In this document: piece by piece, positions 9,899 to 20,300 of the stretch
Layout: every line of letters begins with the position of its first letter
Numbering within the stretch: position 1 is the stretch's first letter
Source of the DNA: Bacteroidota bacterium
GTDB lineage: Bacteria; Bacteroidota; Bacteroidia; Palsa-965
Direction: 5' to 3'
Assembly (NCBI GenBank): GCA_013289095.1
Contig: JABDAO010000001.1
Coordinates: 31,223-95,222 of the forward strand
Length of the DNA stretch: 64,000 bases
Notes under the pieces: model-generated
What the model was told of the DNA's origin: nothing
What the model saw: only the letters and a program-made list of their open reading frames with translations
Database searches by the model: none
Made by a program: the position numbers and the translations under genes

Positions 9899-11241
9899 CA
9901 GATCAGACTGAGGAGTTTGTTTTCAACCTCCTGGCTGTCCCATTTGGTTTCAATGCCGGGTATCTGCATGATCTGTTGCATAATAGCTTCCTGTTTTTCC
10001 CCGGCTTTCAGGGCTTCTGAATAACGTATATCAGGACTGTAGGTCACCATCGAATAAAGCGGGATCCATTTCTCCGGGTATTTGCTGTTGAAACGGGCCT
10101 CGATTTTCTTTTGCAGCAAGAAACGCGGGTCGGCAGTTTTGTCGCGCATTTCCACAAAGTTGGCGATGGCCAGATCGGCAATGGCATCGGCATCGGGTTT
10201 ACGCAAGTGCTGGTATTCGGCAAAGATATGCGCCCAGTTTTCCTGATGTTTGTCAATAAGCTTATCGAGCACCACACAATCTTCAAAACCGCAGTTCATA
10301 CCCTGTCCAAAAAAGGGCACAATGGCATGGGCCGCATCGCCGATAAGGGCTATTTTATCATCAAAGGTCCAGGGCCAGCATTTCACGGTAACGAGCGAGG
10401 AGGTAGGGTTGTCGAAATAATCGATGGCCAGGGTAGGCATCAGTTCGAGGGCATCGGGGAATTCGGTTTTAAAAAACTCATGTACATCTTCTCTGGTCTT
10501 TAAGGCCTGGAACGATTTTTCGCCTTCGAACGGGAAGAACAAGGTGCAGGTAAAGCTTCCGTCGAAATTCGGAAGGGCAATCATCATAAAATTGCCGCGT
10601 GGCCAGATATGCAGGGCATTTTTTTCGATCAGAAAAGAGCCGTTGGGGCCCGAGGGAATGTTCAGTTCTTTATACCCCGCTTCGATGTAATGCTGCTTGT
10701 ATTCAAACCGGTCGGCACTCAGTTGCATGCTCAGACGAGAAGCCGCAAAGGCCCCGTCTGAACCAAAGATCAGGTCGCTCGGGATGCTCGTTTGCTTACG
10801 GGTTTCGCTGTTTTCAAAAACTGTTCTATTGCCTGCACGGTCAATTTGGGTGCAACGCTCATTAAAATGAATGTTTACATTGGCTTGCCGTTCGGCCAGG
10901 TCCATGAGTTTCATATTTATTCCTGCCCGTGATACGGAATAGATAGCCTGGTCATTTTTTCCATAAGGCTGATACGCCGACGACCCGTCGCGATGATGTA
11001 TCGCACGTCCATACATGGGTATTGCAATCTTGCGTATTTCACCGGCAATGCCAACGCCCTCCAACCCTCGCCAACCTCTGTCGCTCAGGGCCAGGTTGAT
11101 CGACTTACCGGCCGAGATATCGGCTTTGCGCATATCGCTGCGACGTTCGAACAGATCTACCTGATAGCCCCGTTTGGCAAGATAAATCGAGAGCAGAGAG
11201 CCGACAAGACCGGCGCCAACGAGTGTTACTTTCTTTTGCAT
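9898..11241 (-). CDS. kmo: Kynurenine 3-monooxygenase (FAD-dependent)
   Basis: An N-terminal VTLVGAGLVGSLLSIYLAKRG dinucleotide fold, then GDAAHAIVPFFGQGMNCGFEDC, at about 448 aa from the Met at 11241 (MQKKVTLVGAG). The 21 upstream codons in the listed ORF are probably not translated. Confidence 0.85.
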   Translation of the reverse strand: MQKKVTLVGAGLVGSLLSIYLAKRGYQVDLFERRSDMRKADISAGKSINLALSDRGWRGLEGVGIAGEIRKIAIPMYGRAIHHRDGSSAYQPYGKNDQAIYSVSRAGINMKLMDLAERQANVNIHFNERCTQIDRAGNRTVFENSETRKQTSIPSDLIFGSDGAFAASRLSMQLSADRFEYKQHYIEAGYKELNIPSGPNGSFLIEKNALHIWPRGNFMMIALPNFDGSFTCTLFFPFEGEKSFQALKTREDVHEFFKTEFPDALELMPTLAIDYFDNPTSSLVTVKCWPWTFDDKIALIGDAAHAIVPFFGQGMNCGFEDCVVLDKLIDKHQENWAHIFAEYQHLRKPDADAIADLAIANFVEMRDKTADPRFLLQKKIEARFNSKYPEKWIPLYSMVTYSPDIRYSEALKAGEKQEAIMQQIMQIPGIETKWDSQEVENKLLSLI

Positions 11242-11738
11242 AGTTTCCGGTTGATTTAGAAAGACGAATATAGGAACAAACCCGCTGATCGGTATACGGA
11301 ACAACTGTCAGAATCACTCTTTTCAGGTCGCTTTGAGTATGATTTTTCTCAGGCTTATGAGTAGCGGGTCTACGCCTTCTTTAAATTCCTCATACTTCCC
11401 GGCCAAAATCCTGAAATGGCTGTCCATGAGATCAGCGATGGATCGGACTAAACTAATACCAACATTGGAGAATAGGGGGCAAGGTCAAAAGTTGGGGAGT
11501 AGCCGACTTTCTGTATCAAAAACGTGAGGACAAAGATCGTTTGAGTGAAAAAATTCGGTCAAGCCTCCGGCAGAATCGTGATCTAAATCAGCATTTTTGT
11601 TAAACATGCTCCGATTTGTAAAAAAACTGGTTTTCCAGGACTAAGAGTGATTTTAGGCACGGAAGTGATTAGAGGACGTGCATCTTTAATGGGTATTCAT
11701 TCTGTTTGCTTACCACGGCTTCCAAACCTTTTGCCATG

Positions 11739-11905
11739 TACTTCGGTTTGATTTACCCGTACTTCAAACCTTTTTTCCTTTACTTCGGTTTGATTTACCC
11801 GTACTTCAAACCTTTTTTCCTTTACTTCGGTTTGATTTACCTGTACTTCAAACCTTTTTACCCCGCCTTCGGTTTGATAACCATGGTCTTCAAACCTTTT
11901 GCCAT
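11739..11905. repeat. 42-bp tandem repeat, about 3.5 copies
   Basis: TACTTCGGTTTGATTTACCCGTACTTCAAACCTTTTTTCCTT recurs at 11739, 11781 and 11823, with a degenerate fourth copy. The ORF at 11706-11966 is a translation artefact of this repeat. Confidence 0.8.
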
Positions 11906-11919
11906 GGCTTTCAAAATCA

Positions 11920-11978
11920 GTAACCCCGCACTTAGAATACGGGGGATGTCATCCCCCGTATTCTAAGCGCGGGGTTAC
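11920..11978. repeat. Long near-perfect palindrome (27-bp arms, 5-nt spacer) built on a REP-like core
   Basis: GTAACCCCGCACTTAGAATACGGGGGA-tgtca-TCCCCCGTATTCTAAGCGCGGGGTTAC, with one mismatch between the arms. Confidence 0.85.
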
Positions 11979-12120
11979 TGATTAGGTCTGTGAGGCGAAA
12001 AATGGGAGAGGCAGAAACATTTCCGTTAATTAAATGACATTGCGCTAAAGCGCGGGGTCACTTATTTCAATACACTCCGTATTAAAGAATCATTGAACCC
12101 TATGACTGTCTGAAACATAC

Positions 12121-12345
12121 TAGCTGCACGCGTTTTAACCCGCATTTTTCAGTTGAAGATGGCTAACCCGCCAGCTCTCAGGAGCAGCGGCCTGCCTGCC
12201 GTAGCTTAGAGGCTTGCGCGACGGCAGGCAGGGATAACCCATCCCGATGAATATCGCGACTGCACAAAATCCAAACGCGCCGAACCCGCCCGGCCAGGGC
12301 ACGTCAGTGATTTGCCGTTCGGACGGGCAGTAGTGCACTACGTTT
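12121..12345. ncRNA. GC-rich structured island inside a 1.6 kb gene-free region; candidate small RNA or leader (class not identified)
   Basis: About 60% GC against a ~40% GC background. It contains a 12-bp perfect stem, CCTGCCTGCCGT...ACGGCAGGCAGG, and has no credible ORF. I found no tmRNA, RNase P or SRP hallmark motifs. Confidence 0.25.
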
Positions 12346-12887
12346 CTACTGTTCATTTTGGGTTTATCTAAAAAGGGTAAATCCCAGAAAATGACGTTGA
12401 CCCGAGAATAGAGGTAGGATGTAAGTAAGATTTAACGAGTAGGCCTGAACTGTGATTCTTGTGATTACAAAGATTGAATGATTAAAATGCTTTTCTGTTT
12501 GGCAATTAGTAAGATGCTACCCACCCGGTCAGATGCAATCAAAACCAGTATAAAATCAGGATAATCAACTCAATCATACCAATCACAGTTCAGACAGTTG
12601 TTACAGGCTGGGTTCAAGCTGATGCCGGACAGATCAAGGGCAGGAAGACAGAGGCTTTTGTGGGTGTCCGGATAGACACTTCCCGGCTTCGGATTGCCTC
12701 TATCCCGGTAGGCTAAGTGATTTCCCCGGAGTATGTTAAATCAATTTCAATCCTGAAGATCCGCTAAAACTGCGTTCCATCGCACAAAAATTTACAAAGC
12801 GGTATCTATATGAATTAATAATATGGAGTGAGATACTTGAAGGAATCTCTTTCATGTTCCCAAATCGCAACTTTAAAATTTCAAATC

Positions 12888-13907
12888 TTACACAATATTG
12901 ACTTCCCGCTCCAGTCTTACCCCAAATTTTTCCAGAACCGAATCAAGTACTTGTTGGGATAGCTCAAAGATCTCCTTCCCCGTTGCTTTTCCATAATTGA
13001 CCAGCACCAGGGCCTGCAGCTTGTGTACACCTGCATCGCCCAAAGTCCTTCCCTTCCATCCGGCCTGTTCGATGAGCCAGCCGGCAGCTAATTTCACACG
13101 GCCATTATCGAGCGGATAGCCAACGATGCCCAAAAAACCGGTCTGGAGCAACGCAAATGTTTCGGCAGAAACTTCGGGGTTCTTAAAAAAACTCCCGGCA
13201 TTGCCGATCACTGCCGGATCGGGAAGCTTGCTCCGGCGTATGTTGCAAACAGCCTGACTGATAGAAGCAACGCTCAGTTCTGTTGCCCCCATCACCTCCA
13301 GTTCTTTGGCGATGGCCCCGTAAGCCGTATTAAATACCGGTTTTTTGCGCAGCCGAAGCGTCACCGATGTGATGACGTACCAGCCCCTGGCTTCGCGTTT
13401 AAAAACACTTTCCCTGTATCCGAACCGGCATTGGGCCGCATTAAACCGTTCAATATGGTCTTCTGCTATATGGAGGGCTTCGAGTTCGTGGAAGACCTCT
13501 TTAAATTCAACCCCGTATGCCCCGATGTTCTGCATCGGCCCAGCCCCCACATTGCCCGGGATGAGCGACAGATTTTCGATGCCCCCATACCCCTTGCCGA
13601 TGCAGTGCATCACCAGCCCGTGCCAGTTCTCGCCTGCTCCGGCCCGGATGTAGACAAAATCTGCATCTTCTTTTACTTTTTCAATACCCGTGATGTTGTT
13701 TTTCAGGACCAGGTAATCAAGCTTGGTCTGGGTAAAGAGCAGATTACTTCCTCCACCCAGGATCATGTTGCGGGCCTGATTGAATCGGGGATCCTTCAAT
13801 ACCCCCCGTAGTTCGGCAACCGATGCAGGTTCTGCAAAATAACGTGCATAGGCTTCTATACCAAAGGTATTGAGCGTACGCAAGGGGTGGTTCTCGAAGA
13901 TTTTCAT
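12888..13907 (-). CDS. murB: UDP-N-acetylenolpyruvoylglucosamine reductase
   Basis: 339 aa with the FAD-binding GGGSNLLF motif and the MurB C-terminal domain pattern. Confidence 0.9.
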   Translation of the reverse strand: MKIFENHPLRTLNTFGIEAYARYFAEPASVAELRGVLKDPRFNQARNMILGGGSNLLFTQTKLDYLVLKNNITGIEKVKEDADFVYIRAGAGENWHGLVMHCIGKGYGGIENLSLIPGNVGAGPMQNIGAYGVEFKEVFHELEALHIAEDHIERFNAAQCRFGYRESVFKREARGWYVITSVTLRLRKKPVFNTAYGAIAKELEVMGATELSVASISQAVCNIRRSKLPDPAVIGNAGSFFKNPEVSAETFALLQTGFLGIVGYPLDNGRVKLAAGWLIEQAGWKGRTLGDAGVHKLQALVLVNYGKATGKEIFELSQQVLDSVLEKFGVRLEREVNIV

Positions 13908-14021
13908 CGGCTCAAATGTAGGAATGAATACCCGGCATAGCCATGAAAGGAACCGGTTTTATACACAACCCGATATTCATATCTTGGTGTATCTTTGCCC
14001 CTTGCCCAGCCCCTGCGAAGA

Positions 14022-15158
14022 ATGAGAGTAATCGTATCTGTAATAAACGACCTGACTACCGATCAGCGTGTACATAAGGTATGTACCACTTTGCACAGCA
14101 TGGGCTATAAAGTTACCTTGATCGGGCGTCTGCAACGCAAAAGCCTGAAACTCGACCCGCGCAGGTATTATACGCACCGCATGTCGCTCTGGTTTGAAAC
14201 GGGCCCTCTGTTCTATGCCACCTTCCAATTCAGGCTTTTCTGCTTTTTACTCTTTCACAAAACAGATCTGCTCGTTGCCAACGACCTCGATACCCTACTG
14301 CCAAACTATCTGATATCGCTGTTAAAACGCATCCCGCTGGTGTACGACACCCACGAACTCTTTTGCGAAGTGCCCGAACTACAGGCGAACCCAGGTAAGA
14401 AAAAGATCTGGAAACGGGTGGAGCGATGGATCTTCCCAAAGCTCAAACGGGTTTTTACCGTGAATGATTCCATCGCAAAGATCTATGCCGAAGAATATAA
14501 GGTACCGATAAAAGTGGTCCGCAACATGCCACGAGCAGCCTTCTCGGCATTTGAACTGCCCCCCGCCACCCGTGTTGAATACGACCTGCCCCTTGACAAA
14601 AAGATTGTGCTCCTCCAGGGGGCCGGAATAAATATCGACCGGGGAGCCGAGGAAGCTGTACTGGCCATGAAATATCTGGAGGATGTCCTCCTTCTCATCA
14701 TAGGCGATGGTGATGTGATCCCGCTTTTGAAAGAAATGAGCGGCAAACCAGGACTTACCGGAAAAATCCGGTTCATCCCCAAACTTCCCTTTGCCGAGCT
14801 GAAACGATGCACCCAACTGGCCGATCTGGGGCTCACGCTCGATAAGGATACAAACATCAACTACCGATACAGCCTGCCCAATAAATTGTTCGATTATATA
14901 CTGGCCGGGGTACCGGTCATTGCCTCCAACCTGGTGGAAGTAAGGAACATTGTTGACCAGTACCAGATTGGATGCATCATACCCGATCATGACCCTAAAA
15001 CACTGGCGCGGGTGATCAGCACAAGCCTGGAGAATACCGGACAACTGAAAATATGGAAGGAAAACACTAAACTTGCAGCCGGAAATTGTTGCTGGGAGAA
15101 CGAAGAGAAGGTGCTTATCGGAGTCTATGAACCATTCCTGAAAAAAAAGAGCTTTTAA
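14022..15158 (+). CDS. Glycosyltransferase, GT4-like (RfaG/WcaL-type)
   Basis: A C-terminal GT-B domain with the EX7E-like region and a GVPVIAS motif. The start is probably MRVIVSV at 14022. Confidence 0.75.
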   Translation: MRVIVSVINDLTTDQRVHKVCTTLHSMGYKVTLIGRLQRKSLKLDPRRYYTHRMSLWFETGPLFYATFQFRLFCFLLFHKTDLLVANDLDTLLPNYLISLLKRIPLVYDTHELFCEVPELQANPGKKKIWKRVERWIFPKLKRVFTVNDSIAKIYAEEYKVPIKVVRNMPRAAFSAFELPPATRVEYDLPLDKKIVLLQGAGINIDRGAEEAVLAMKYLEDVLLLIIGDGDVIPLLKEMSGKPGLTGKIRFIPKLPFAELKRCTQLADLGLTLDKDTNINYRYSLPNKLFDYILAGVPVIASNLVEVRNIVDQYQIGCIIPDHDPKTLARVISTSLENTGQLKIWKENTKLAAGNCCWENEEKVLIGVYEPFLKKKSF

Positions 15159-15216
15159 CGGTCACAATCCTCTCCGGTATACAATACCTGGGAGGAAAAA
15201 ATCAATTCAACAAGTC

Positions 15217-16332
15217 TTGACGGCCAAATATCTGCATATTGTTTCGTTTGATGTTCCGTTCCCTCCCAATTATGGAGGAGTGATCGATGTGTTTTACAAA
15301 ATAAAGGCATTGCACGAAGCCGGGGTAAAAATCATCCTTCATTGTTTTGAGTACGGGCGGGAAGAGGCGCGCGAACTGGAAACCTATTGTGAACAGGTTT
15401 TCTACTACAAACGGCAGATGAACCGTAGCCTGTTGTTTCATACGCTCCCTTATATTGTGGTTTCTCGTCGCTCGGAAGTATTGATGGAGCGCTTGCTGAA
15501 TGATCAACATCCGATTCTGTTCGAAGGACTGCACAGCTGCTACCACCTGAACGATATACGTCTGCGCGGAAGGATCTGTCTGGTCCGTAACCACAACATC
15601 GAACACGATTATTACAACAGCCTGGCCCAGGTCGAAAAATCGGTGTTCCGAAAGATGTATTTCAAACGTGAAGCCGTAAAGCTCCGGGCCTTTGAAAAGG
15701 TGATGACACTTGCATCATCGGTACTCGCTATTTCGCGGGCGGATGAAGAAACCTTAAAGAAACGCTATTCAAATGTACAGCTGGTTTCGGCATTCCATCC
15801 CAACGGGCAGGTTTCGATATGCACCGGACAGGGAAACTTTGCTCTCTACCATGGAAACCTCGAAGTGGGAGAAAACAACGAAGCAGCCATTTATCTTGCC
15901 ACCCAGGTATTTTCCGACAGCAATGTGCCCCTTATCGTGGCCGGTAAAAACCCATCGGCCGAACTGGTGGATGCCATCTCCAAACAAAAAAACATTACAC
16001 TCCAGGGAAATATCCTGACAAACGAAATTGACGTCCTCATCCGGGAGGCGCAGATCAATGTGCTGCCTACGTTTCAGGCTACCGGCATAAAACTTAAGTT
16101 GCTTGCCGCGCTTTTCAATGGACGGCATTGTCTTGTCAATTCGCCCATGGTAAGCAATACCGGTCTGGAAACACTTTGCTCGATTGCCGACACCCCGGTA
16201 TCGATGCGTGCTGAAGTAGACCGGTTGTTTAATCTGTCTTTTGAGCCCGGCGCTATCATCCGGCGTGAACAGGTGCTTTGCCCCGCATTTTCGAATAGGG
16301 AGAGCCTGCAAAAGCTATTGAAACTTATTTGA
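15217..16332 (+). CDS. Glycosyltransferase family 1 protein
   Basis: 371 aa with a GT-B fold pattern (FPPNYGGVIDVFY near the N-terminus). It lies downstream of the GT4 gene. Confidence 0.7.
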   Translation: MTAKYLHIVSFDVPFPPNYGGVIDVFYKIKALHEAGVKIILHCFEYGREEARELETYCEQVFYYKRQMNRSLLFHTLPYIVVSRRSEVLMERLLNDQHPILFEGLHSCYHLNDIRLRGRICLVRNHNIEHDYYNSLAQVEKSVFRKMYFKREAVKLRAFEKVMTLASSVLAISRADEETLKKRYSNVQLVSAFHPNGQVSICTGQGNFALYHGNLEVGENNEAAIYLATQVFSDSNVPLIVAGKNPSAELVDAISKQKNITLQGNILTNEIDVLIREAQINVLPTFQATGIKLKLLAALFNGRHCLVNSPMVSNTGLETLCSIADTPVSMRAEVDRLFNLSFEPGAIIRREQVLCPAFSNRESLQKLLKLI

Positions 16333-16496
16333 GCGCAAGCCCCCGATCCGGGAACAACATCAAACAGCGTTACGCTACAGCGACTGACAACTCCGTTTAA
16401 AATTTAACTTCGGTTGGATCTACCACGGTTTCCGTTTCCCCCTTCATGGAGGGGCCAGAACGACAACAACGATTGGATGTTTTTCATTCCTGAACA

Positions 16497-17183
16497 CTAC
16501 TCCACAACCAGCGCCGAATCGAGCACCGCCCCATTCTCACATTTCAGTATACGCGAAGGGAACTTTTGGTACATCATGATATCATGGGTGGCAATAAGTA
16601 CGGCCCTGCCGGTGCGGCTGATATCAAGCAGGAGGTTGATGATGCCTTCGGATGTTTCGGGATCGAGGTTTCCGGTAGGCTCATCGGCCAGGATCACTTC
16701 GGGATCGTTGAGCAGGGCCCTTGCAATGGCAATACGCTGCTGCTCCCCGCCCGAAAGCTCATGTGGCGATTTATGCGATTTGGTGACCATGCCCACCTTG
16801 GTGAGCACATCTTCTATGCGCTTTTCCATATCCGTCTTGCTCGTCCACCCCGTAGCTTTGAGCACGAAACGCAGATTCTCCTGCACAGAACGGTCGGTAA
16901 GCAACTGAAAGTCCTGGAATACGATACCCAGTTTTCGCCGCAGGAACGGAATTTCTTTGCGCTTGATCGTGCGCAGGTTATACCCGGCAATGCTTGCTTC
17001 GCCCTGGCTCAGGGACAGATCGGCATACAAGGTCTTGAGCAAACTGCTTTTCCCGCTTCCGGTGCGGCCCAACAGGTACACCAGTTCGCCTTTGTTGATA
17101 CCGAACGAAACGGCACTCAGTACAAGATTGTGTTCCTGAAAGATGGAAATATTTTCGAGTGAAATGCTCTGGTCGAGGGTCAT
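16497..17183 (-). CDS. ftsE: FtsE-like ABC ATP-binding protein (cell division / lipoprotein-release type)
   Basis: Walker A GRTGSGKSS, signature LSGGEQQR, Walker B ILADEPTGNLD, H-loop ATHD, at 228 aa. No ftsX is adjacent. Confidence 0.75.
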   Translation of the reverse strand: MTLDQSISLENISIFQEHNLVLSAVSFGINKGELVYLLGRTGSGKSSLLKTLYADLSLSQGEASIAGYNLRTIKRKEIPFLRRKLGIVFQDFQLLTDRSVQENLRFVLKATGWTSKTDMEKRIEDVLTKVGMVTKSHKSPHELSGGEQQRIAIARALLNDPEVILADEPTGNLDPETSEGIINLLLDISRTGRAVLIATHDIMMYQKFPSRILKCENGAVLDSALVVE

Positions 17184-17354
17184 GCGGTGCTGTTTGCGAG
17201 AATGGAAAGTACGAATTTAGTCCCCATTTACAGACAAATACCCCCGATGCAACACAATAATCTTAACAGCTGTGCGTTCATAACTTAGAATCAAACCTCA
17301 AACCCACCCCTACGATAGAACGTACCTTTACCTATTAATTTTTTCATAAAAGAA

Positions 17355-20300
17355 ATGAATAAAATGAGTGGTGTAAGATGGGTGTTGGCAGTTGTCCTGA
17401 TGTGCGGTTTTAACCAAACGCTTCAGGCACAGAAAACAGCTATCTATACCGATAAGGATGCTGAATTTAAGCAGGGCCTTGATCTATTCGAAAAACAGCA
17501 ATATGCCTCGGCCCAGCATTGTTTTATTGAAACAACGCTCGGGCTCACCGACCGCAATACGCTAGTCTGTTCTGAAGCCGACTATTACTCTGCGCTCTGC
17601 TCCATGGAGCTTTTTCACCGCGATGCCGAGTACCTCCTTAAAAAGTTTCTCAAAGACCATCCTGAAAGCCCTCGGGTAAAGAGTGTTTATCTCAACCTGG
17701 GCCGGTATAACTACCGCAAGAAAAACTACCACGATGCCATCGAGTGGTTCAACCACGTTGATAGTTATGACCTCAATGCCTCCGAGCGGTCGGAGTACTA
17801 TTTCAAACGGGGTTACAGTTATCTGCAAAACAATTCGGATGAAAAGGCAAAGACCGATTTTGCAGAAGTAAAAGATGAACCGGGAGTATACGCTGTACCT
17901 GCGCTGTATTACCACGCCCATGTGCTTTATACCGAAAAGAGCTATGAATCGGCCTTGCAGGAATTCCAGAAACTGATCAAAGACCCCACCTTTGGCGCGG
18001 TGGTGCCGTATTACATCGCCCAGATCTTTTACCTACAGCACAAATACGAGGAAGTGATCCAGTATGCCCCCGATCTGCTCGATTCGGCCAGCACCAAACG
18101 GGCTCCGGAACTGGCCAGGATCCTGGGAGAATCGTATTTCAAGACAAACCGCTACAAAGAAGCCATCCCCTACCTCGAACGGTACCACAAATCGGCTCTG
18201 CTCAACAGGCCCGACTCGTATGAGCTGGGATATGCCTACTTTATGTCCGATAATTTTGATGCGGCCCTGCTTTCGTTTAAAGATGCCATCGGCCCCGACG
18301 ACAGCCTGAGCCAGAATGCCTCCTATCACCTGGGTTGTTGTTATCTGAAAAAAAACAACAAACAACTTGCGCAAAATGCCTTCAGCGAAGCCTCCCGCAT
18401 GCATTTCAGCAGGGAGATCCGCGAAGATGCCCTGTTCTCGTTTGCTGAACTTACTTATGAACTTTCCTACAGCCCCTTCAATGAAGCCATCAAGGCCTTG
18501 CAACAATATATTGCCGAATATCCGGGATCCCCGAAGGCTGATCAGGCCTATGCATTCCTTGTCAAGATCAATTTGGTGACCAAGAATTACGAAGAAGCAC
18601 TCAAATCCATAGAAAGCATCAAGCTATTGAAAGAAGAACTCAAACCCGTCTATCAACAGATTGCTTACAACCGGGGGGTGGAACTTTACAACAATTTTGA
18701 GTACGATCCCGCCATCGCGCTTTTCAGGAAAGCCATGAAATACCCCGTTGATCCGGTTACGAATGCACTTGGCAAATACTGGACCGCAGAGGCTTCCTAT
18801 CAAAAAGCCGAACGAAAACCGGATCCGCAGCTGTATGAAACCGCCCTCGACAACTACCGATTGTATATGGTAGCTCCTGGAGCTCCCCGCACACCCATGT
18901 ACAACACCGTTGATTACGAAATCGGGTATGCGCTTTTCCAACTGAAACAATATCCCGAAGCGGTCATCGCCTTTCGCAAATACGTGCTTCAAAAAGAAGA
19001 ACCGGCCGAAAAACGCTGCAATGCCTATATGCGTATTGGAGACGGCTACTATGTGACAAAAGATTTTCTGAATGCCGCCGATTATTACGACCTGGCGTTC
19101 AGTACAAAGACCGATAAGGGTTCGGAAAAAGATTATGCCCTCTACCACAAAGGAATGGCGCAAGGCCTGGAGAAGAAATATGAAAAGAAAATCGCTACGC
19201 TTGTTGCCTTGCTGAAGCTTTACCCCCAGTCGCCCTACACCGTTGCCTCCAAATATGAAGTGGCCCATACCTGTCAGCTCATCGACAAGCTCGATGAGGC
19301 CATACCCTATTACCAAAGCCTCATTACTGAAAACAACGGAAGCCCCTATGTACGTAAGTCGTACGATCAGCTCGGGCTGATCTATTACAATAAAAACGAC
19401 TACGACAATGCCCTGCAGAGCTATGAAAAGGTGGTGAGCATGAACATCAATTCAGAGGAAGCCATAAACGACATCCCCCAGATACAGCATATTTATGAGG
19501 ACATCAAAAAAGATCCCGAAGGTTATGCCACCTGGTTGAAACAGCATGGCAGGGATGTGGCGGCCTCACACCTCGATTCGGCCACGTACCAGATCGCAAA
19601 CAGGTATTATACCGATGGAGACTGCGGGAAAGCGGTGGAGGCACTCGGAAAATACATTTCCAAGTACCCTTCCGGCATCTTTTGTACCGAATCAAATTTC
19701 ATGAATGCCGAATGTAAACTCAAGAACAAAGACCTGGATGGGGCCCTGGGCGGATATAGCTATGTACTCAACCAGCCTTCCGGCAAATATACCGAGCCTT
19801 CGCTGAGAAGGGCTGCTGCCATCTGTTTCAACAAAGGCGATTTTAAAACAGCCTACGACGATTATTCAAAACTCGAAGCCTGGCCCCAGGATGCAAACGA
19901 TGCTCGCATAGGCATGATGCGTGCTGCCTGGGCGCTGAAAGATTATGACAACGCCCCCATTGCTGCAAACAAAATACTTACCTCAGACAATGTCTCTGCC
20001 GATCTGGCTACCGAAGCCCATCTGGTGCTGGCCCGCTCGGCTATGCAAAAACAGAACACAGATCTGGCTTATAACGAATACGCATTGGCCAAGGCAGGCT
20101 CCAAAAATGAAAATGGGGCTGAAGCAGCCTATAACATTGCACTGATACAAAACATCCGAAAGGATTATAAACTGTCAGAAAAAAGTGTGTTTGAAATCAT
20201 GAAGGAACAAGCCGGGTATAAGGTATGGGTGGGGAAGTCATTCCTCCTGCTTTCCGACAATTACATAGCCTTGAACGATACCTTCCAGGCCAAATATGTG

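Noticed and set aside
11706-11966. 86-aa ORF (FGLIYPYFKPFFLY repeats) and the neighbouring 64-aa and 73-aa ORFs in the murB-kmo gap
   Set aside because: Their peptide repeats are direct translations of the 42-bp DNA tandem repeat. They have no plausible start context or codon bias, so I treat the region as non-coding.
11242-12887. tmRNA, RNase P RNA, SRP RNA or TPP riboswitch in the gene-free gap
   Set aside because: I scanned both strands by eye for hallmark motifs and found none. Motifs checked: tRNA-like GGTTCGA...CCA end and resume codon context; GGAAAGTCCGG / GGTAAGAGCGCACC; AGGTCCGGAAGGAAGCAGC; the CTGAGA context of the THI box. Only a covariance-model scan could settle it.
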